From assembly GCF_006345805.1 (NCBI RefSeq), contig NC_042997.1:46128001-46192000 (forward strand): DNA of 64,000 bases, read 5' to 3'. Shown in pieces: positions 53,372-64,000 of the stretch. Under the pieces are notes generated by a model. It saw only the letters and a list, made by a program, of their open reading frames with translations. It was not told where the DNA came from and ran no database searches. This DNA is from Octopus sinensis. Taxonomy: Eukaryota. The translations under genes were made by a program, and so were the position numbers. The first letter of the stretch is position 1. Each line of letters starts with the position of its first letter.

Positions 53372-54507
53372 TTATATGTTGTAGATCTAAGTCTGTAGAA
53401 ATGCCGGGCAACCGCTAATAAGTGTGAGATGCTTTTGTATGCGAAGTGTTTCAGATTTTCATAATGTGTTATTCAAAACTAGAGAGTGCGAAGCGCAAAA
53501 TTATTTCTACTACGTACGTAGTAATTGAGATTTCCACAGCGTGTTATTCGAGACTAGAGAGGGTGAAGTACGTAATTGTTTTCTAACAGAGATAAAAATA
53601 TATATAGACATACACACTGACAGATACATAAAGAGATAAATAGATATATAGATAGATAGATAGATAGATAGATAGAGATAGATGGATGAATAGACAGATA
53701 GATGGATAGACAGACAAACAGATAGATAGAAGATAGAGAGCTTCTGTACGTATGAACGCATCTATGCATATGTGTATGTAAATACATGCGCTAATAATTC
53801 TGACACGAGCTTACAATAGCAGAAAGCCGCCTGCTGGAAACCGATTTCATTTATTTAGAACAATTCTATGTCATTATTTCAATTTACTGATTCTCTATTC
53901 TTTATAAAAGCTAACTTAAGATAGACACGTTGTATCTGTATAAACGTGTATATGCGCCATTTTATGTGTCTACATGCATTCGCATGCATGCTTCTATGTG
54001 TGTGTATCTGTGTACAGCTGTTTGTAGAAATTTGTGCATGTGGAGTGAGAGAGCGAGAGAGCGAGAGAGAGAGAGAGAGAGAGGAGACTGATTGAGAGAA
54101 ATAACCAGTATGAGAGCGCGGTAGGAGGAGAAATTGAAAGGGAGTCTTTAAATTGCTGGCTTACATCAAGTAGAATTTCGGAAAGATTGTCAACATAGAA
54201 ACATTAGAAGAGGAGGGTGGGATGAATAGAATGTAATGGCGTTCATGGCTTTTCACAAAATCATTAATGACATGAGCGAAACAATTCGAAATAACAATTG
54301 ATACCGAAATTACAAAAAAAAAAAAAAAGAAGAAAAGAAAACAAAAGAAGGATAACGCAACTGGAAAGGAAGGTGGGGAGAAAGTGTAGTAGGGGCGAGC
54401 TAGTTGAAAGGAAATTGCTGATCGATTAAGCCCTAGGGAAGAAAATAATAGAAGATTTGAGAGCTGAAGTGCGTGTGCTTTATGTTATATATACACACAC
54501 AAAAGAA

Positions 54508-54603
<96 letters not shown>

Positions 54604-55856
54604 GTGTGTGTGTGTGTGTATATATATATATGTATATATATATGTATATGTATATATATATATGTGTATATATAATGAGAGAGAGAGAGGGAGAGGAAAA
54701 GAGGAAGACCATGTCATATGTATGCACGTATGTGTGCATGTATATATATATATATACATCGCTTTAGAAATGAGAGAAGGCGCTGTTTAATATCCCTTAG
54801 AAGGTTTCATGAACTAGCTGGGGGAGGAAATTTTCCTCAAAATCGTGGACCAGATTGAAAATTATGCAAGAAACTGTTGCTGTTTTGTTCTAAAATCGAG
54901 TTACTGATTACGTTTACCAAGCAAATAAACCATGGCAGGATTTGAACTCAGAATACATAGAACAGGAGGCAAAACCACAAGGTGTCAGGTCTGACATTCT
55001 TACAGCTCGCCATTCCAGTGCCCTGGATTCTCACTATTCCAGAGCAGTGAATGTATGAATAAGAAAATTATTTTCAGAATATCATCCCTGAAATTATTTC
55101 GTCAATTTCATGCCATCATTGGCGCATTTGACTTATCTCCCTTTGCTTATCTGACATTTTAATGAAGAAATTAAAATTCGCTTAATATAATTTTTGTTGT
55201 TTCAGTCATTTGAGTAGAGACATGCTGGGGCATCGCCTTGAAGAATTTTTAGTTGGTGGAATCGAAATATGTACTTAGTTTTTAAAAACCTGATACGTAT
55301 TTTATCGGTCCATTTTGAAGCGGTGGCGGGGACAATCACAGACACGAAAACACACGGATAAAGACAAAGGAAAACACACGCACAGAAACACACCCAAACA
55401 TACACACACACACATACACACACTATTTTTTTAGTTTTGATTATGTACGTCCTTCAACAAACCCCTTTCACTTATTCAATATATATGTTCCAGTGATCCG
55501 CGTGAATTATATATATTCAGTTCATTATATATTTTCTAATGAAATGAATTTCAATTGTTAGACATATTTTCATATATGTGCAAGCTTTGTTATTTAATGA
55601 AAGCACTCTTATATACTTCAATACCATGCTGATGAGCTCCAAAAATTCGAAAGCCATGTCAATGGCTGCCCTCTTGACACGAAACAATGATCGGATTTAC
55701 TCCAAATTATAGAATGAAAGCTTGAGAGGTTAATTCATATCTTGAAATTATTTCCCTTTTCTATCAAATTCATTAACCTTTCGTTTGATTTTAGTTTCAT
55801 TTCTTCAACTAAGGGGCAAATTTTAGTTACTTGAGAATTTTCCTATTTCATAATTT

Positions 55857-56360
55857 GATACATACATACATACATACCTACCTACATACATACATACATA
55901 CAGATATACATACATACAGACATACATACATACATACACACATACATACAGGCATACATACATACATACATATATACATACATATATACATACATACATA
56001 TATACATACATGCATACATACATACAGACAGACATACATACATACATACATACATACATACATACATACATACGTACATATGTACAGACAGACATACATA
56101 CAGATATACATACATACATACATACATACGTACATATGTACATACATACATACAGACAGACAGACATACATACAGACATACATACATACAGACAGACAGA
56201 CATACATACATACATACAGACAGACAGACAGACAGACATACATACATACATACAGACAGACAGACAGACAGACATACAGACATACAGACATACAGACACA
56301 TATATACATACAGACATACATACATACATACATACATACATACATACATAGACACGCGCA
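55857..56360. repeat. (TACA/CAGA)n tetranucleotide array
   Basis: Direct inspection. Confidence 0.95.
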
Positions 56361-56465
56361 AACATATATAATTATAGTTTAATGAAACAATGTTTATCTG
56401 ACTCTACTTCCCTCTACGACAAATTACAGACGAGAAATTTACACACACACACACAGGCGCGCGCA

Positions 56466-56496
<31 letters not shown>

Positions 56497-57469
56497 TCAT
56501 ACACACAAGAGAGAAGGTAGCAGACACATGATTACTACCTGCGAAATAATGTCTTCTAGATATTATCTTCCAATGAGGTATCCTGCAGCGGACAGAGCAG
56601 TCTGGAACACAACGACAAGAAAGAAATCAACACCCATAGACGAACGAAGTGCAATATATAGAGAGACCAGTGTGTCAAAGAATATTGGTGGGATTTAGAA
56701 ATGTAAACAGCCACTAAGTTAAAATACAACCGACCATATATTGTTGTGTTTTACCGCAAGGAAAAGATATGTTCTGCTGTGGGTATCAGCTGCTATCTGG
56801 ACGCCGATATGGTTAGAAATATACAAGAAAATACTTTTATAGATCATTGATAAGGAATTTGCAAATTCAGTGCCTAAGATATACTTTCAACTTCACACCT
56901 ATTGTATTTCAGCATCAGGATGCTTACAAACCCGTCTGGAGCAAAGTAAGGATGAACATGGTTTTTGGAGTGAGAACGCAGATCTTAAATTCATACATTA
57001 CAAATGATCACGAAATCTGGAACTATAGAAAGCCCGTAAGAGATAAAGGATGATGAGTAAAGCAAGATGCTGTTTTTAACAACCTTGCTACCAAGAATAT
57101 GGCCAATCAAAATTTATTCTAAATTAAAAAGGAGAATATGAACATCATACATACATACATACATACATACATACATACTTACATGCATACATACATACAT
57201 ACATACATACAACATACATACATACATACATACATACATACATACATACATACGTACATACATACATACGTACATACAAACATACATACATACATACATA
57301 CATACATACATACATACATACATACATACATACATACATACATACATGCATACATACATGCATAAGGACAAACGGAGAGACATTATTTAAAATGAAATTG
57401 ATTGGACAAAATGGCGGAACTTAAAAATTTAAACGGACACAACATTAAGACAACTGGTGAGTTCTACCG

Positions 57470-58752
57470 TAAAACCGCAATAAGATGTGAGACCTTCACA
57501 TTTAGATTTTATTTAATTTAGAACTGCTTTGTCAATGTATATTAGATCATGCATTCCTCTAGTTCTGCTTGCAACATTTCTGTTCTTCAGGCAGCAAATT
57601 CTGGCTGTCAAGATACTTGTAAATGCCTTCTAAGATCATTCTTGTCAACAGCTTTTACCCTAATGGCAGGCATTAGTCAACAGCTTCTACACTAATGGCA
57701 AGCATTATAGATTGCTCTACAATTACTAGTTGCATTAACCATGCTTTTGTCTTTCATAAGGAGTACTGTTCTCCCTCTAGTCATCCAATTTGCTACTGCT
57801 CCTCCGTTCAAGCAATCCTGAAATTGTTTTCCCATTCTTCCACGTAAGCTACAAAAATACTTTAACCAGTACGTTTGAACTAAATCTGGTCCAGGGCCCT
57901 TCTAATTCGGCATATTCCCCAACACTTTACTTATTAGTGCACTAAGAAGTCTTAGATCTGTCTGCTTCTCACTGACTAGTTCTTCAGCCACTTTCTTTAA
58001 CCATGCTGCATCTCCCATATGATTGACTGGCTTATCCCAAATATTGCTCCTGAACGTTCTAGCTTATTCTGTATTAGGTTTCTCATCATTAGTACTTCAT
58101 TCTCCACTATTTACTTCGCTATAAAATCACTTCTGTTCTGTCTCAAATAATCTAATGTGTTGATACTGATCTATTCTTTTCTAATATCTGGAAAGTTTAC
58201 CTGTTACAACTATGATACACTCTTTCAACTCTTCCCTGACTATCCCAAATCCTTCTCAAGAGATTTAAATCTTGTGTTTCCTAACTTATTCAGTTTCCAT
58301 GCTTCTATTCTACTCAAATCTCGTCTTGAAGTGTTCATTTTATTTCATAATCTCTTTTTCCACGTTTGCTCTTTTCTTATCTCTCACTGAGAAAGCATCT
58401 AATCTTCTAGTAACTACTATCCCTTCTGCATAGATCAATAAGTTACTGTCACCAACATTCTTAGTCAAATCCTTCTGTTGGTGCCTTTTAATGCTGGTAG
58501 TCTTGTACTTTCTTCCCTTTTCATTGCTTCCTGCAACTCATAAAATCTTCTGATCTCCCTCTCTTAAGTCACTACTATCGTTATTCTCTTTACGTTCTTC
58601 TTTAGTTCAAACTGTATCTGTTATGTTGCTGTTAGGCTTTTCTACTGCCTCGTTTTTCTTTTCCAGTTCTCTTCTGTTCTATTCCACATCCTATTCTGTC
58701 ACCCTCTTCCTTCTCCAAACAGCATTAGCTTGGGCTACTAGTCTCTGCTCAG
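57470..58752 (-). mobile_element. R4/Dong-like LINE fragment (N-terminus to RT domain 2), decayed
   Basis: TEQRLVAQANA; MPN*KGPGPDLVQTYWLKYF; WMTRGRTVLLMKD; LLPEEQKC; HDLIYIDKAVL. Confidence 0.8.
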
Positions 58753-58790
58753 TCATCATCATCATCATCATAATCATCATTATTATTATT

Positions 58791-59331
58791 GAGTGAGAGA
58801 GCAGTGCATGCCATCAAAGTGACACTGGAGTAAAATATGCAAAGCCCAGTATTCCCATCATGACTACCTGTCTGATAAAGGTACACCAGGCACATGCATC
58901 ACAACCAATATGTGCGCGACATGGCGATCTCATATCAAGATAAACAGCACGTGACCTTGCAGGTGGGGCCCAGTTAGAATTTTCTTCTGGTCGAGTAACC
59001 CATCCCGTTCAAAAGGTCCTTGAATAATGGTCGTTTAAGGATGTTGAACGAAACACCCATGTTTCCAGAGGTGAATTATTCAAAGCCTAATGAATCCCTC
59101 TCAACACATGGCTATGATGCTCCCCCACTACTTCTGCTCGTGATCAGAGATGCACATATCTTCAGCCACTAAAGGACATGCTCAACTGGTTAAGGTCAAA
59201 CAACTGACAAGCAAATCTGTGGTATTGAGCAGAGTATTAGCCCATCGTTTATACCAAGACAAAACAATGTACATGATAACACTTTCAATCAGTTAAGATC
59301 AGAAGCCACTAGAGCCACTGCCTGGTACTGC
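58791..59331 (-). mobile_element. ~550-bp (AAT)n-flanked non-coding interspersed element, copy 1
   Basis: Direct repeat of 59347-59902, with ATT repeats on both sides. Confidence 0.75.
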
Positions 59332-59346
59332 GTTATTATTATTATT

Positions 59347-59900
59347 GAGTGAGAGAGCAGTGCATGCCATCAAAGTGACACTGGGGTAAAATATATGAAG
59401 CCCAATATAGCCATCATGACTACCCGTCTGAAATAGGTACACCAGGCACATGCATCACAACCATATGTGCGCGATATGGTGATCTCATATCAAGATAAAC
59501 AGCACATGACCTTGCAGGTGGGGCGCATTTAGAATTTTCTTCAGGTCGAGTAACCCATCCCACTCGAAAGGTCCCTGAATAAGGGTTTTTTAAGGACGTT
59601 GAATGAAACACCCATGTTTCCAGAGGTGAATTATTCAAACCCCAAAGAATCCCTCTCAACACACGGCTATGATGCTCCCCCACTACTTCTGCTCGTGATC
59701 ACAGATGCACATATCGTCAGCCACTAAGGGACATGCTCAACTGGCTAAGGTCAAACAACTGACAAGCAAATCTGTGGTATTGAGCAGAATATTTGCTGTA
59801 GCCCGTCTTTTATACCAAGACAAATCAATGTACATGATAACATTTGCAATCAGTTAAGATCAGAAGCCATGAGAGCCACTGCCTGGTACTGCATCAGGGC

Positions 59901-59902
<2 letters not shown>
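59347..59902 (-). mobile_element. ~555-bp (AAT)n-flanked non-coding interspersed element, copy 2
   Basis: As copy 1, and about 10 nt longer at the gcatcagggcat end. Confidence 0.75.
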
Positions 59903-59933
<31 letters not shown>

Positions 59934-59984
59934 CATCATCATCATCATCATCATCATCACATCATCATCATCATCATTATCATT

Positions 59985-60015
<31 letters not shown>

Positions 60016-60040
60016 TATTATTATTATTATTATTATTATT

Positions 60041-60560
60041 GCCTTTGCACAGGTGTCGGCTGTTCACTACCAGTGAAATAAGGTAACACCCCTTATTTCC
60101 GAGCACCTTCCGGAGTATTCGAGCGGTTCCAAGCAGTGCTGTTTTCAGCAACTGATTCACTCTTATTGCAGCCCCTATTTGTTCCATGTACTTCTCAAGA
60201 TTTTTACTCACTGTTCCCAGGGCTCCGACAATTATTGGTACTACTACTATCTTTTTCATCTATCACAACTGCTTAAATTCACAAGCTAACCTGTCATATC
60301 TATTGACTTTTCTTTCTTCCTTATCGCATACCTTGTCAGCTGGGCATGCTATATCTATGGTCCGGCATAGTTTGTTTTCTTTCTCAATTAATACTAAGTC
60401 TGGCTTCCTATTCTCTATCTCGTGGTCGCACTGAATCATAAAACCCAGATCAGCTGCTGCACAATCTTTTGCGTTATGCACAAAAACGTTTTGCTCAGCT
60501 ATTGCCTTGCGCATAACATCTGAAAAGCGCCAAGCATTTGCATACTTTCTCTTTGAAGAC
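60041..60560 (-). mobile_element. R4/Dong-like LINE 3' fragment (RLE domain plus short 3' UTR)
   Basis: IQCDHEIENRKPDLVLIEK...IDIACP; VPIIVGALGTV; KTALLGTARILRKVL. Followed by (AAT)n. Confidence 0.9.
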
Positions 60561-61636
60561 GATTGGTGTCTTTACTCAGGGAAATATTTCTGAATGGCAC
60601 CTGCAATTTTGGTGGGGTTTCGGGTAAATATGCGCACAAGTGAGATTTGATGCACTCATGATCACAAAGCAAGTTAGTTATTTACATGGTGTTTACAAAA
60701 GTGTGGGGAGGTTTAAAGTAAACTTAAGTCATCCAAACCGTAAATTAGATTAGATTAACTTAAATTCAGTTAACGGTAAAATTCATTCTCACTGCATTGT
60801 GCGAAAGTACATCTATATACCTGTAGGCATCTCGAGAGTCGTTCAGAAATTGTATTAATTATCTTTTCGAATAGACAGGGATTCCTCGGAGCAGAGACGG
60901 CATCTCCTGTAAATTATATTGTATGGTTTCGCATGCCTTACTATGGACCAATTAATGCTGTACTTCGTATCACCCTCCTTCAGTCGCCATACAAAATCTG
61001 CCAAATATGTTGAATGTCTCTTATTGATTGTCCTAAATTTTTGAAAAGTCTAAAGACATTTTTCCTATGCCTTTTAAACTGTACTTTACTACTTTTGTCT
61101 AGAAAAAATAAGGCGTCATCCCTATACAGTCCCTCTGTTACTTACGGAAAGGAAGACTGGATTAATGAAAACATGTGTATTCCGACGAGGTCACTGGCCT
61201 GAGTAGAATCATGTGAACCCATTGCTTTATCAAATGCATTTTCCCTATCTAATCTACTCCATAATCTACCATCAAAATCTCTTAGAGTGCCTTCGCGTCG
61301 GAACAAATTGGAATTTTCATTCTAAAAATCAGGGCTTGATTAAGAACGATCGATTTGAAAGTGGCATCGTAACTCTCTATATCTAGTTGCAAGAATTAAC
61401 TCGTCATACTAATCTAATTTTAACCAGAGAGCTAATCTAATTTTAGACTTAAGGACGGGTATTATCGAGTCAATGATTTTTTTTAGGACAAATCAATCTA
61501 TAAGAAAGTTACGTTTATGGTCCTTAAGCAAAATCCGAGGGTTCGGTGTTATCACCTATGGCTAGATCTCTGACAATTTGTAGCCCTGTATTGTTAATAA
61601 GAATTAGAAGCAGTTCGAGGTATATAAGCAAAATAT

Positions 61637-61945
61637 AAGGCGGCGTGCTGGCAGAATCGTTAGCACGCCGGGCGAAATACCTAGCGGTATTTCGTCTGCC
61701 GCTGCGTTCTGAGTTCATATTCCGCGGAGGTCGACTTTGCCTTTCGTCCTTTCGGGATCGATAAATTAAGTATCAGTTGTGTACTGGGGTCGATGTAATC
61801 GACTTAATCCCTATGTCTGTCCTTGTTTGTCCCCTCTATGTTTAGCCCCTTGTGGGTAATAAAGAAACAGGTATTTCGTCTGCCGTTACGTTCTGAGTTC
61901 AAATTCCGCCGAGGTCGACTTTGCTTTCGTCCTTTCGGGGTCGAT
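61637..61945 (+). mobile_element. Meta-domain-like SINE: head plus 1.4 bodies
   Basis: Junction aaagaaacag|gtatttcgtctg, as in the other multimers. Confidence 0.85.
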
Positions 61946-61992
61946 ATAATCAGCTGAACTAACACACATACCTTGTGTATGTGCGTTCAATT

Positions 61993-62051
<59 letters not shown>

Positions 62052-62052
62052 A

Positions 62053-62084
<32 letters not shown>

Positions 62085-62236
62085 GTATGTATGTATATAT
62101 ATATATGTATGTATGTATATGTATATACATATACATATGTGTATGAATATATATTTATATTTATATACATATACATACATATACGCGCGCGAGGGCGCAG
62201 ACACACAAAACATGCACACACAGATACACATATACG

Positions 62237-62269
<33 letters not shown>

Positions 62270-62964
62270 TCACACACACACACACACATGACGATGTATC
62301 TCTGTAAGCACTTCCGAATAAGGTTTTCCAGTTTGCTTAGATCAAGTGAATTTTCTACTCATTTAATTAGTATGTAAACTTAAATTAATCTTGTGACAGT
62401 TTCCCGCATGATATAGTGTGTTCGGATGTTGGACCTTTGAATTATGATTGCAAGCCATCCGCTGGGCTGTCACACAGATTCCTTTTATTCCATTTCATTC
62501 TTATACTGTTATATGCAATGCATGATTTAATACATCGTAACTAATATTTTGAAGGGGAAAAGATAAACTCAGCTGACTTTACTAGATCAGTGACCTTCAG
62601 CAAAGTCATGCTAACTCACAAGCATTTGCAGCCGCTTTGGATATTGTTCCTAAGACTTGCAACATTTAAACAGTAAAATTTGTAATCACCAACGCAATTC
62701 CAGTAATTTAAACTCGTGGTGTACACTGATGTTGAGCTATCACAGGGGAGATAATCCTTTCTACGTTCAATTACGTTGAGGCGATTTTGGGAGGTTTGAA
62801 TTTTAAATTAAAGATCCGGTAATTTTCTAAGTTTAAAAAAATCGGAGTATTTTGTGCCATGATGCTACATCCATAAACCATTAAGATGCAGAATCCAGTT
62901 TAATCCAGTATCATACAAAGGCAGCGAAACTGCAAAATTGTTACAATGCCTAACAAAATGCTTG

Positions 62965-63100
62965 GCGGCATTTCGCCTCTTTTATGTTCTTAATCTAAAA
63001 TCCGCCGAGGTCGACTTTGCTTTTATCTTTTCGGAGCCAATTAAGTAAGCACCATTAATATCGATGCAACCCACTTACCTAAAATTTCAGCCGTGTGCCT
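62965..63100 (+). mobile_element. Degraded Meta-domain-like SINE
   Basis: tccgccgaggtcgactttgcttttatcttttcggag. Confidence 0.6.
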
Positions 63101-64000
63101 TTAAGGCAGAATCTTTGTTTAAGGACGCCACATAATCCCTCATAATTTTTTGAGGTATTGGAATTTTCAGAAAATTTTTGCGAATTTGTGTTCTAAAAAG
63201 GGTAATTCATGTGATTATGTAAAAATTCTCCGTGATTTAAGGGTGATTTATCTGTAATGTTTAGCACGTCTCACAACTACCTGACACATTTCTCGTTTCT
63301 TTGGCATTCTGACATACACTGATGTTTTTCAATATATTTCTCCCTAGAGACACTTTTAGTGCAATGATGATGTACCCAAGGGTGATCTATCGCTGAGATT
63401 TATGCAAAAACTTCGTACTGTACGTATTTGAAACTCTGATTTAAAAGGATATTTGTTAAAAAAAGTGGAACTTTTGTGATTTATGGGAGGTGACGGATTC
63501 TAAAATGTGTTTTTTTTATAACCGTGTGAATTCCCGTATGTACAACACAAATTCATAAAACCTTTCTGAAAAATGAAAAAGAATAAAGATAAATTATGAA
63601 TTTCACCGCCTATATAACAAATGATTATTTTATCATACACTCCCATATTGTAATCTTGTCTTAAGATATATTTGTTCTACAATACTCCAAATGTTTTTAT
63701 TCTACTTTCTCACAAAATCTTATTTTTCAGCGCCTAACTTTCTTTTTTCTTCTGCACTAAGTAGAAACAGCAAATTTCGCTGATTCTGATTTCGCTGTAT
63801 AAATTTTGTGAAGCTGAAGAAAACTATAGAAATCAATTAAGACATCTCTTTTATTTTTTTCAATACATCTTTCTTGATCTCTTTGTAAAACCTCAGAGTC
63901 ACGGCACACAGCAGGAGACTATTCTTACTTTCTATATATCCGTATGAAATGGTGCGAATATGGGGAAAGTCACTCGTCTTATGTCACCTGAATATTGATT

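Noticed and set aside
61448-61528. cttaaggac/gtccttaag 9-bp inverted repeat (mini-MITE?) and a TTAA-GG start at 63101 (Kolobok-like?)
   Set aside because: Too short, or lacking a second end within the window, to support a call.

Overview
AT-rich, repeat-saturated animal DNA. The tRNA-derived SINE families, very high microsatellite load and LINE content point to a cephalopod, probably Octopus (inference, not checked). No intact protein-coding gene is supported, and almost all ORFs in the track are microsatellite artefacts. The window holds: (i) at least four tRNA-headed SINE families that swap head, body and tail modules; (ii) decayed retroelements: R4/Dong-like RLE LINEs at (AAT)n tracts, a Tx1/L1-like LINE twice inside (TATC)n, a CR1-type LINE and Penelope-like (PLE) RT and GIY-YIG fragments; (iii) minimal hammerhead-ribozyme motifs; (iv) Tc1/mariner, Tigger-like and piggyBac-like relics; (v) a perfect 124-bp-arm palindrome; (vi) weak exon, pseudogene and promoter candidates. 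The best candidate for an undescribed system is a Meta-domain-like SINE. Its 3' ~50 nt match the 3' end of the (TATC)n-associated Tx1-like LINE. It occurs as head+(body)n multimers (n = 1 to 4) with a fixed junction, and three of them (n = 1, 2, 4) are bounded by a single 12-20 bp TSD. An alternative (ATT)n tail on the same SINE supplies a target for a Dong-like LINE.
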